Shown here piece after piece: positions 40,115 through 64,000 of a stretch of DNA of 64,000 bases. The first letter of the stretch is position 1. Every line of letters starts with the position of its first letter. Both the position numbers and the translations under genes were made by a program. The notes beneath the pieces were generated by a model, which saw only the letters and a list, made by a program, of their open reading frames with translations, was not told the origin of the DNA and ran no database searches. The DNA is from Tubiluchus corallicola (taxonomy: Eukaryota; Animalia; Priapulida): contig JAQGDQ010000025.1 in NCBI GenBank assembly GCA_030141605.1, forward strand, positions 912,907-976,906, written 5' to 3'.

Positions 40115-41527
40115 ACATGGTGAAGGGAATGAGGAAAGAGGACGAGGTATTGCGGGGCGGATAAGTTGATTAGTAGCAAGCTGAAGGCTCATCCCAATTT
40201 TGTGGTTTCCTCAAGGAAAGCATAGGATTTCCTCAACATACGAAATGTTTAGAGTTGAAACGCCCACAAAACTAATTTTTGTTTGTTTATTTTTCTTCGT
40301 TCGTTTTTTAATGCCCTTGCTTTTTTTGCTCACACATTCAGAAGTTTCATGACACTAGTATTTAGATGTCAGTTTTCTTATAAATACCAGAAATTGTTTA
40401 CGGCACATACCGTCCCTTCGGTATATTTTGAATATGATCGGAATTTTACTCTTTTATTGTAAATTATTGCATGTGATAGTGTTTGTATATTAATTAGAAT
40501 TTCGAAACAAACTCAAGAAACCGCGCAAATCCATACAATAAACAGGCATACATATAGAGCTATAGACTATTTTTGCTAAATTTGTAAAAGCTACAATAAA
40601 TTAAAACATCTATAATAAATAGATTATTAAATCTATTTCAGCACAGTTAGGCAAAGGTATTTAGACATGTAAAGATTTATTGAAATATTTTAAACATTTT
40701 AAGTTTAATTAGATACCATTTATCCAAATATGAGCTTATGGAAGCTAAGTACTCATCAAAAATTAGGGAGCCATTTTTGTGGATTGTGCTGTAAACTTTT
40801 TATGGCTTTTGTCATCGTTTTGAAGAATCGCATAAGCCAAGGTATAATATTCCCTTCATTCTGTCCAGGCCTCTTTAACACGTGCATCGCAAATGAGAAA
40901 CCATTCATTTTATAAATCTGCTCGTTCATTATCTTTCTCCATTAATTAAACGTTATTACCTTATTTTGCGCAACACTGCTTTGTCCGAGCGCCAATAAGG
41001 CACACTTCTACTCGCATTGTCTGCCATGTCTGCCGTGAAGTCAATGTATGAAGGGTGTTATTAAGTGTTTATGACATCCATCATAAGCGCACAATTATCA
41101 AGAGCTGCAGGTCACATGTTTTGTTATGGTAATAATAGAATTTTAGTATTCATTGTAATTTTGTAGCTAGAAGTCAACTCGTTGCTAAAACTCATCTTGA
41201 TATTAACATATTAATATTTTGTAAAACAATAAGGGGTTCCTCAGTACAAGTTAAATTCGTTATGTTACTGCCTATAACTCTACTTCTACATAAAAATGAG
41301 AATTGACGGAAATGCAATTACAAGTTTAATCTGTTAATATTGATTGTAAATATAGTTTGAAATTTTTTTTCAATTTTTGATATCTAACGTGTAAGATTAT
41401 CTTCATATTGTAGTACAATTTTCAGATATGTAACTTTCAGTCTAAACTATTGTTATTGTACAATCATTAAGCATACCTATTGCCACGTACTGAATTATGT
41501 GTAACCCTACAAGGAAACTATTTGTTT

Positions 41528-41740
41528 ATTAAATAAATAAATAAATAGATAAGTAAATAACAAGTAAATAAACAAAAGCACACAAACAAACAAGCACACA
41601 AACAAACAAACAAACAAACAGGCAGACAAACAAACAGTCATATATACGTATATATAAATGTATACAGACGAACAAGCAAGCAAACAGGCAGACGGACAGA
41701 TAAAATGATGACTGACGGACAGTAACGCAAACAAACAAAC
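41528..41740. repeat. Degenerate (AAAT/AAAC/AGAC)n tetranucleotide repeat
   Basis: Direct reading. Confidence 0.8.
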
Positions 41741-42116
41741 TGATACGTAGGTGCGCAAACGTAATGGCCCGTATGAGTAAAAAACGAAGTATCTGCTGAG
41801 AAGTTTATTATATTCTTTTACTACGAGAAAAAGTTTATACTCCGCAGCATAAACTAAAACATAAACTAGATACTGTGACTGTCTTAAGCAACGACGCGCG
41901 TTTCTCATTGTTCTTGTCGAAATATAAATAATTATAGGCGGCATTTCACCGGAAATGTCTACAGACCGAATACCGTAGCTTATAATTTAATTAATATAAT
42001 AATTATTAAAAAACGAGTTCAAAATTAAGCAATTGACAAAAGTGGATGAAGGTAAACATTGTAACTTTGTGCGTCCAGTAATTAAAACAAAATGCGGCAC
42101 TATCATTGCCACGGAC

Positions 42117-42256
42117 ACCACCATTAACACTACTACCATTACCACTACCAATATCAACCCCACCACCAGCATCACACTACCACCACCACCACCACCACCA
42201 CCACCACCACCAACACCACCACCACCACCACCACCACCACCAGCAACAACAACAAC
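42117..42256. repeat. (CAC)n trinucleotide microsatellite
   Basis: Direct reading. Confidence 0.85.
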
Positions 42257-44469
42257 TGCACCCCAGCAACAGCTTATAGGAAGCTTACATTGTTAGTTAC
42301 TAGCTTTCAAGAAGAAAATCAGCAGTGTAAGAGCTCTAGTACTGCTGTTAGAGAGCGTTGTTCAAACCAAAGCATATTTAAACGATGAGAAGTTAGCTAA
42401 TCTTCGTGTCTTTGTGCATATGTTGCTGGAGATAAAGAAAAGGGGCGAATCTATAAGTAATCTAAATTAAAATCCTTAGATTAAACATACATTTATGCAG
42501 TCACGCCTTTATATATGCAATTATTGTTGAAATTCGTATGTAAGCCATATCTTGCAACATCCAAAAAAATGTGGTTCATGTATCTCAAGATTAATTTTAC
42601 CGGAAACTGCTCCACAAGACTACTTCCGGCCTGGGTAATTAATCATAAACCCATCTCTTCACCCATTAACTGATCAGCGTTTAACGACTTGTTGCTCTCG
42701 GGTATCAATAAGAGCCGTGCAGACGTAATTCTAAACCGTAATTACAACATTCCGTTCATTTTTCATTGGCTTCAGCCGCATTATGAGGAGGACGGGCCGA
42801 CATTATTGCGTACACGCGCCTGAGTTGGCTTTCATTCTATATTGCCGCCTGATACAGGTCACGTGATCGCTGTTGTTTTCTCTCAGTTGAGATCTTCGCG
42901 GTTCCCTTTATTTAATTTAGTTTTAGTACCGAATCATTGGTCGTCCTCCTAGAGCACGCGTTTTGTCTAGTAACATTATTAGTTTTTCAAACGCGCGCAG
43001 GCTGTAAACAAATCTCTTAACTTTGTAATAGAATTGATGATGATGATGATGATGATGATAAGTCTTTATTAGCCTCTTTTTGCAGGTGGGCAAAAATTTC
43101 TGTACAAACATCATATAATTTTACATAGACAGGGAATTCTACAAAATTAAAAGTCACGCATTCAGTTACCAGCTTTTTTAATGGTGCGAATAACATTATT
43201 TACTGTAACGTTAAACAAGGAGTATTAAAGTGAGTGCTAAATGAAGGTTGTTAATGTTGTTAATAAAACAAGTGTAGTAACATGAAAATGCAGCCAAATT
43301 AATATATACTAACTTATAAAATCCCCAGAGCAATATTTAAGTCCAGAAAGAGTTACAAACAGTAATCTCAAAAACTACACAAATTTAATCCATATTTTAC
43401 TCAAATTTAGCAACAAGATCTTAAAATTAAAGTGTTCTTTATAGGGTAAGTGGTAATACTAAATTTACATTTTTATTGTTAGAAGGCGAAGGTAGAAACA
43501 CATATTCTAAAGTTAGCCCAAGAGCGATGGACTTGTCTAATCAGCCACAAAAATGTTATTTGGCTTTATATCTACAGTTTGGAAATTTTAGTGTTTTCGG
43601 AAATTAAGCAAAAAAGCAGCAATGGAAAACGAGAACATGATTCCAGCAATTTAAAGAAATCAGTCTTTGGATAACACCTGAACGTAAAGACTCAACTGTA
43701 CGGTGATACTTGGCTTCACGTCGTGAATTTTTGTAGAGCAATGGATACAGCAGCAGCATTTGACGTCATGCTCTAGAGATTACCGTACTGACTTAATATA
43801 GTTTGACAATGCATTTTTTGATCCATGTCAGTTAAGAGCCGCCTTTGCAAAAAGGAAGGCTACTGTTTTGTAGCCCTGGGACAAATTTATTTTCTATTTA
43901 CCAATCTCTGCTTTAATGTGGAGTTTAAGGGCTCGAAAATTAAAAAACATGGCGTATTTGGGGCTTTTTAGAAGAAATAGTTATCTATCTGTAAGTGTGG
44001 AATTATTTGGTTACATCTTATAGTACCCGGTAAACGGCATCATGTATTGATTCTCACGTGTGAATGCCAGCTAGCTTTGCGATATTCTGGTGTAAATTGA
44101 AGAATTACATTTAAACGCGTCCAAGTGTTGACAGCTAATCAAGTTGGACATTGATAAGACAGGTATTTCAGAAAAGAGAAACAAGATTAATTGCGTTAAC
44201 CCGAATTTCATAGTTGTCAATAATTAATAAATAAACAACGTGTCTTTTTTTATAAACATATTTTATTAGTCTCAGAATTTACAATAATTTACAATTACGA
44301 ATGCTTAACTAAAGTTTCTTCTGAGGTAATAAATTGAACTTGACACACTCAGAAGAGAAGATCACAAATATATCATAATGATGCGGTAGAGAAAATGTAA
44401 CAGCTAAAGGTGAAATTACATAGCTAAGCTATGGCATTTTAGAAGTAATTGCAACATAAAATATCAGTG

Positions 44470-45010
44470 GTTTCTTAGTTCCTGTAATAATTTTTTTTGT
44501 GTCCGTAAGGCATCCGAACCATATATAAGTAATTTCATCCTTTCCACAGCAGTTCAGCTATAAAAGCTTTAAAAAGGCTGAAGTAAAGAAAATACATTAT
44601 CAATATAATTGATTCTAAGATCGGCATAAGCAGAGCAATATAACAGGTAATGAGTACGATTTTCAATACATAATTTACAGTTACTGCAGACAGATGAGGG
44701 ACATAACTTACGTTCATATAGGGAATAGTTTAAAGCATTTTTATCAAGACGTAATGTGCATGTCAAAGTTGCACCATAACGTGGACCTGTAACAGTACTA
44801 GAGTCGATATTTGGGGACAAGACTACAAATTAGAGCTTTTTTTAGAACTATACAGAGAATTGATTCCAGAGTTTAATGCAAGAAGGAATAAAACTTGTTT
44901 GAAAATACATAGTGCTACACCTTATCAGTGTTACGGTACAGGAATACCGTAAGTTATAGTCAGTTAAACAACGTGGTTAATACTCAGCGCAATCTACCAG
45001 CACTGCAAAA
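44470..45010 (-). mobile_element. LINE ORF2 C-terminal fragment (CR1/L2-clade-like)
   Basis: Minus strand YFQTSFIPSCIKLWNQ, then TLRLDKNALNYSLY...VCSNCKLCIENRTHYLLYCSAYADLR (CCHC knuckle), disrupted by stops or frameshifts. Confidence 0.7.
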
Positions 45011-46084
45011 TAAGACAGTTCAAAGCTAATACTGCAACTCGTAGGATGTAACATAACAAATATAATTAAAATGTTATTAGTTTGGAATATTGCTATCTCA
45101 AGCTGTGTCTCACCATGCTCCTGCAAGCATGAAGCCAGTCAGTGGTTCACATATAACTTATAATGGCTTCTTGACGCTTCTTTCTGCATCAAAATGAAAT
45201 TTTAGTAAAGATCAGCAATAATAACCTTGCCGGCTGGCTTCTCTTAGCGAAACTATAAGAGTCAATTTATGCATATTGGTTGCACTGTTTAGTGTCACAG
45301 ACAACGTTAACGTTTGGAAAAAATAATTTTGATGCAAAAATTCTGATATCAACAAAAGTTCGTACACAGTTACGGTGGGGCGGACTAAGGGTGGCAACGA
45401 AACATTGTTTCATATATTTCTAATTATAAAATATTTTAAAGTATCTAAATATAAGTTTACTAACTATTGTGAATATAATACACGCGGTTGGCACAGCGTT
45501 TTTGTAAATAATTAAAACAAATCAATTTTATATTTTAAATAGAAAAAAACGTCTATAGCTTCCAATCTCATTATTTGAAATTTACAAAGCGCAATGATTC
45601 CAGGATGTCCAGTGTATACTTACAGTGAGCGGGTAGTTAAGACGTTGCGCCATCTATAGTGATGTAGGGCAAACCTAATAGTTATTATTAAATATGAAGA
45701 CTGCGACAAGTTACTTCTCGTTTTTCAGAATTCCCCGTGCACGCTTTTCTTTTTATATAGTAACAGTTCCTTAACTCGATTTTAATGGTTGACTTAAAGC
45801 AAAGAAAAAAGAAAAAAAACAAGTTTTCCAATTTTTTTCATAGCAGAATCCACCAACAGGAATTTTATATACCTACTGTACTGCACTCTATACTCTTGAT
45901 TGAAGTTAATCAAATAGTTATAGGATAACTATAAATTTTAATGCAAACCTGATTTGCAAAAAATGATTACCAGTGATTACATGTTGCTGAAAAATTAAAA
46001 CCAATAATGTAAATTGGACAGTAAGCTCAAGTCCATTGTCGTGAACATCGAACTATGCCGCAAGCTTGTCAGACGTTGTCTAAA

Positions 46085-46700
46085 TTAATATATTAACCAA
46101 ATATGAACGGATCTATGGCTGAAGTTGTTTATTAATATAAATATTTCAGCATCCATTACATGCGGCTTCATCAGTGTAATGTAGGCAAAAATTTAGAATT
46201 TAAAATTTAGAATCGGCTAAGGCAGTATATTCTAAATCTTAGTAGAGTTATCATTTATCTTCAAATGATCATTTTAATGTTTTTAAGAAACTTTTGCTGA
46301 TATGGAACGATGAGTTTTGCAGATGTTCTGTTCGTAATAGTGTAATGGGGTGGGGTAAGAACGCGGAATTCCAATTGCAATTCATATTGGTACTATTTTG
46401 GTACTATAAGAAAATTGAATTTTTCTTATATACTGGTTGAAGAACAGCAAATATTGAAAAAGAATACAACGGAACGACATCCCCAACATAAAACAAGCAA
46501 GTTGCAAGTAAAAAAAATATTGTTTGGTATTTCGTTACTATGGCAACCGTTGATTGTTTGTTGGTACATCAGCCAAAATTTGTTAAGAAATATATTGCTT
46601 TCGCATTAAAAATGACTATATAGCAGTCACGAAGTTGTTTTCTGGAACAGAACACTTATCGTACGACTTGGCAATTCATTTTCTACTGTTCATATACAAT
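46085..46700. mobile_element. Possible Penelope-like element remnant with an inverted hammerhead-bearing terminus
   Basis: Minus strand CTGATGA-agc..gct-GAAA followed by AATAAA at ~46125-46185; frameshifted plus-strand peptides (AKAVYS, LIWND..SVRNSV, RYYGN) loosely resemble the post-RT region of Penelope elements. Confidence 0.3.
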
Positions 46701-48184
46701 CTTGAAAAATTTGTGCAAAAATTGACTATGATAAAATTCAGTTGAAGTTAAAGCAACTTTGCCAATTTGTAGAAGCCACGTAAACGTGCATTATTAATAC
46801 AGCAATAGTAATTATGAGTTGTGGATGAGCATGTGCATGTGGCTTTAAATCAGAAGAGCTTAACCACTGAGGTAGTAGTTAAAAGCACGTCAAACTGTAA
46901 TATAATTATTCAAATGATAACAGCAACGGCAATGACAATGGTACAAAAATGAATTTGGTCCTTAAAACTGTATTATAATCCTGTGGCATGGCCATTATTA
47001 TCTTTCCAAAAAAAGTTAACTACAGTAATACTCTTTCTGAACTCCACATAGTTTTGCTTTATGCTTTTTTACCGACAATGAAGTTATTTGAATACTTAAA
47101 CTAATTAAATTAATGCAAATCCTTAGTATTGATTCATTTTAAGGCTTATTAACAATTAATCACACCATAATAGTTTAATAAACGTTACGCTCTTTAATAA
47201 ACAAATAATAATAAGGTTAAGCTAAATTAAAAATGAAACAAGACATTTTTGTTTCAATTTTATGCCGGGTGGACCATTTCAGAAGTTAGGGCTCTTAGGG
47301 TGGATCGGTCTGAAAAAGGTTGAATAGCACATCTTTAAATGTATAGCAGACAACAGCTGCATGTGCTAGCTTTCTGTATTATTATTTTTTATTTTAATCG
47401 TAATTACTATTTATATTTATTATTTTTTACTTGTGTATTTTTTAATAACGGGTGTACCTTATTTTTAATTGTGTAATTTTTTACTAACTCTTACAGGATT
47501 AAACAAGCTCATGCTTTCATGATCAAATGGACTACAGGATTAATATAAAGACATTGTATTCGCTTTTATCTTTTTATTTATAAATTTTATGTTTTAATGA
47601 TTAATAAATTGACTGTACTGTACTACAAGGCATGTAGTGTAGTAATATATGTGACCCTGTAAATGTGACCGTTTACGCTACTTCTGGGTATCTGAGGATC
47701 AAGCAGGAGGTTATCTGGCAGCTCTGTCTCCCTTCTCTTTTTGAAAACAAGAAATGCGCGCGGGGTGCTCATTTTCAGTCCCGCTTCAGTTCAGTGCAAC
47801 GCAGTACGTGCGTTTAATTAAAAACTTCTTTAAATATTTATTTTTTTCTTTCCATAAAATAAGAAAGCAGATTGTAATGTATGTTCACTCCAAATTTTAG
47901 GCGTATTCACTCTTAAGTTAAGGTACTTCATTGGGTCATTGTTTCTTGGCAAGTGAAACCAATTTTTCACAGCAAATTTCTTATTTCAGCATTAACTTGC
48001 AATATTATGGCATACTTACTTTGGAACCAGCTCCATAAATGCGTCATCCGTGTGTAGAAGGAGTTGAAGAAACAAACTCCAGATTCGCTTAACTTGAAGT
48101 GTTTCAAGTTTAGAGATGCGTATCGCAACGTAGTTAACAACCTGAAGCTGTTTTTTTAATTATTTGACAAATTGTTGCTCTCAA

Positions 48185-48945
48185 AGGAAAACCGGACCCA
48201 ATCTTAAACTGCAGTTCGGAACAAACTATTCTATAAAATATTGAAAGGGAATAAACAGTTTTTTCCAGAATGGCTTACGCGAAAGAATTATTACCACAGA
48301 AACGTAATTTCGCATTCGTGCGGCTAGTTCATCGCTGTTACATGCATTTCGCCATTCGTTAGTTAGACGGGCTCTGGCGCCTGCATTTCGGAAACGATTT
48401 GCAAAAAAACAAGTGCTGCACCTGTCAGTTTAGAGATGCTCATTTGTGACGTACGGCACACGCTCGACAGCTCATGTGCTCATGCGGTAAACCTGAAATT
48501 TGAATTTTTATCTGAAGACTTGCTGTTACATGCATCTGGCCATTCGTTAGTTACACGCGCACTAGCACTTGCATCTAGGAAAAGTGTTGCACAAAAAAAC
48601 AGGTGCTCAGTTCAAAGAGGTGCTCGGCTCAGAAGAATTCAGTTGTGGCATAGTGCGCACGTTCGAGAGCTCATGCGTGAAAAACTTACTGAATGTTGTA
48701 CAGTGGCACTGTTCTTCAGTTGTTGTTTTCGCAGACACGTGCAACAAGCTCATGGAATGTTTGTGCTGTTGAAAATTATGTTGATTTGATGTCATGACTA
48801 AATGGGTTCCTCAGTCGTTAATTAAGTTTTTTAGCTTATTAATTAATTATCTGAAACGCATTGGGATTATTATAGGTACGAAAATGTATAGTTTTATCGT
48901 ACTTTAAAATGGGAGGTGATATGAAAAAGCATCCTCTTTTCGTTT
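48185..48945. mobile_element. Kolobok-like MITE, copy 2 (longer, with an internal duplication)
   Basis: Homologous to 585-1136 (ggacccaatcttaaactg...gttagacggg...gaaaattatgtt...catcct). Confidence 0.6.
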
Positions 48946-49194
48946 AGCTAGCGTATAACTGCTAAATCTTCTAAATCTAAAGTTTCCATTATTTGTAAAT
49001 CAGATAGTTTTGTGGGATCCACTTCTAGAAACGAGAGGATTATGGGACAAGAATTTTGATTCATTAATGTTTATTTAATTATTCTCACGATGAGCATCGT
49101 TATTGTGGGCTAATTCTGATGAAAAATGGTTTCAATTACGCCTATATGTAGTACGCGAAGGAGTTTACAATTCCCCATACAATTTAAATACGCT

Positions 49195-49340
49195 AACCCT
49201 GACATAGTTCCAATCTTTACCCTGTTCCCCATCCAAACCCTACCCTTAATCCTAACCCTAACCCTAATTCTAACTGTAATCCTAATCCGCTTCACGAACT
49301 AATTTCTTGTGAGTGGGGAATTGTTAGCAGTAGTACGTAA
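49195..49340. repeat. CCCTAA-rich dispersed repeat with hairpin, copy 2
   Basis: aatcctaaccctaaccctaattc...ccgcttcacgaactaatttcttgtgagtgggg; similar to 1706-1845. Confidence 0.45.
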
Positions 49341-49534
49341 GTCTTTTTGATATTAAATTATCTAAATATAAGGCTAGTGTAGTAACTATTGTAAGAGTAA
49401 TAAACGCATAGTATGACATTTTGGAAAATAATTAACTTTAATCCGTTTCAAATACAATTAATTTTTTTAAATATACAAAAAGTATATCAAAAAGTATTTT
49501 AAATATACATTTAATATCAAAGAAACTAAGAAAA

Positions 49535-49708
49535 GAATGGCGAAATGCATGTAATAGCAGAGCTAGTAACGCGAACGTGGAATTGTGTCTGTGAGGTAAT
49601 AATTCCATTATGTAAGCCTTTCTTTAAAAAATAATATGTTTCCTTCCAATGTTATAAAGAGTAGGTGCTTTTGACCTATAGTTTAACATTGAATTCGGTT
49701 TTGCTTTA
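49535..49708 (-). mobile_element. Left-end fragment of the same Kolobok-like MITE, inverted
   Basis: Reverse complement tttaaagcaaaaccgaattcaatgttaaactataggtcaaaag... matches ~581-760. Confidence 0.55.
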
Positions 49709-50882
49709 AAAATTGTTAATATTTTTTGATAACAACGGTAATCATTTCTTGATTATCAAAGACACTGAAATTAAGACTATACAACAGAAGGCAAAACAAA
49801 TATTTGAATAATGTTTATTTATCAAAAATGTATGGAAGCCAGGAAAAAAGGCTACCAATGAGCTTAAAAATTAGGCTTATAGTACATATTTTTGAAAAAC
49901 AAATTATCTAACTTACACGTACCATTTATCAGCTAACATGAAAAAGTGAGGAAACCATAGAGCACTTATTACACAGCACAAATACTGAAAACTGAGATTA
50001 AATTTAGTAACACACATAGGGCATGTAGAAACTAATGTAAGCCTGATTTGATTAAAATGTTTTCCAATAACTGAACTAAAAAATTTAGACTGATATACAG
50101 ACTATAATTTAGTATAAACCTGATAATTATAAAGTTTGCAGAAACGATGTAAATTTAAATAACACAGAACATTATTTAAAATGTATACACAATATTTACA
50201 AAATAACTTACAATGTAAGTTTCCTTACATGTGAAAAACACATCTTTGACTGTATGGGGGTGTATTGTAATCCAACAAAAAGACCTTTACTGCAAACATG
50301 CACTGAATGTGCTGAGTTGGCTGAATGTCTTAAGTTATTTTTAACTACAAATCCCAAATGATTCCTGGTGAAAATTTTGATTTGTGTGAATGTTGCTACA
50401 ACCTAATGGAGCTTGCAGATTTGTTGGTTTATAAAAATAGTTAAAAATGGGAAATAAAAAATTAATATCTATTACAAATAAAGTTTTCAGCTGCTTTTGT
50501 AGTGTAAACTGGCTTTTTAAAACATGAATGCAGATTTCAATTACAGACTGTTAATACACTAATGAGATTTAATCATCTCGTAGGTGCATTAGTGACAATA
50601 CTTTCATGTTTTCTGCAAGACTTACACGCAGATGCCTATATTGGTAAACCCTTTAAAAGTCTCTCTTACTCGTTCCTTGAAACGACTGTAAAAAATTAGC
50701 CTTCGAAATTCATTGAATTTGCATTTTGATCCAGCCGGTGGTCTAATGAGTGACAATTCAATGCTTTAAAGAAATTGTCTTTGGATCATTAACAAAATGC
50801 TTTAGTTTCATCAGGGAATTGAGAATGCAGATAAAGCAACAACAAGTCTATTCATGCCTATGATACAATATAAATTAGCTTG

Positions 50883-63450
<12,568 letters not shown>

Positions 63451-63582
63451 CTGCAAAATAATCGTGGGAATTAAAATCATTTTTGGCACGTTAAAAAGGG
63501 TAAAGTTAAATTTGGAATAGCCACTAGTAATAGTATCTCCTTTTCACAAATTTTACTTAAATACTTTTACTTGAAAAGCTAA

Positions 63583-63951
63583 ATAACAGGGTACTCATAC
63601 AAGCGTAAGGCAGGTAGACAAAAATTCAGAGCTTCAACAAGTAACCTAAGAAAAACTTTAAAACTTCCAGACATTAAAGTACACAAAGAATATTTTACTC
63701 TGATCTTTATATTTAAATACATTAACCCCATCAGCAAACCATTCCAAAATAACGGATTTAGTTTTATTCCAAATCCTATTGTCAATTCCAGAACACGTAT
63801 TTTAAAACAATTTAGGACAAATACCCACTATGAAACCAACTCCATAATCAAGCAAGCAATTCTACTTTGGAATTCTGTACCATTACAGGTTAAACAAATT
63901 AGGTCCCTATCGGCATTTAAAACAAAATTAAAATTATTAAAATTAACCTAA
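63583..63951 (+). mobile_element. 5'-truncated LINE ORF2 C-terminus (L2/CR1-like)
   Basis: Uninterrupted 123-codon frame ending TNTHYETNSIIKQAILLWNSVPLQVKQIRSLSAFKTKLKLLKLT*, the typical LWNSLP..FK..LK signature. Confidence 0.75.
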
Positions 63952-64000
63952 TATTATATACCATCACACCAGTATGAGAACATACATAAGATTCAGAATT

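Noticed and set aside
46534-46547. Perfect RFX X-box GTTACTATGGCAAC
   Set aside because: No nearby TSS identified, and it lies in a probable transposon remnant; may be chance.

Overview
AT-rich metazoan genomic DNA (invertebrate; probably lophotrochozoan, inferred) with spliceosomal introns. Five protein-coding genes can be rebuilt from exon frames and splice sites. (1) The 3' 24 exons of an ADGRV1/GPR98 (VLGR1) orthologue on +, 11..18956: Calx-beta repeats, GPS, 7TM and a C-terminal IPIADTHL PDZ ligand, with one GC-AG intron. (2) A vestigial-like (VGLL, TONDU) gene on -, 25860..36240. (3) A RING-H2 E3 ligase gene on +, 30580..33760, nested antisense in the ~8 kb VGLL intron. (4) A 3xIg+FN3+GPI cell-adhesion gene (Klingon/Wrapper/lachesin-like) on -, 50883..63450, 5' end outside the window. 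(5) A YitH/HolE-like tandem-GNAT acetyltransferase on +, 57579..60382, nested antisense in a 6.1 kb intron of gene 4. The rest is MITEs (hAT-, Kolobok- and piggyBac-like), LINE 3' fragments, a tRNA/Meta-domain SINE, minisatellites and microsatellites. The most unusual structures are a 6 x 94-bp amplification of an FN3 exon end that creates six 5' splice sites, a duplicated GNAT start segment fused to a poly-Leu repeat, the two nested antisense genes, and a degenerate hammerhead-like motif beside a possible Penelope remnant. No CRISPR array or prokaryotic system is present. All models are from manual reading; no database searches were run.
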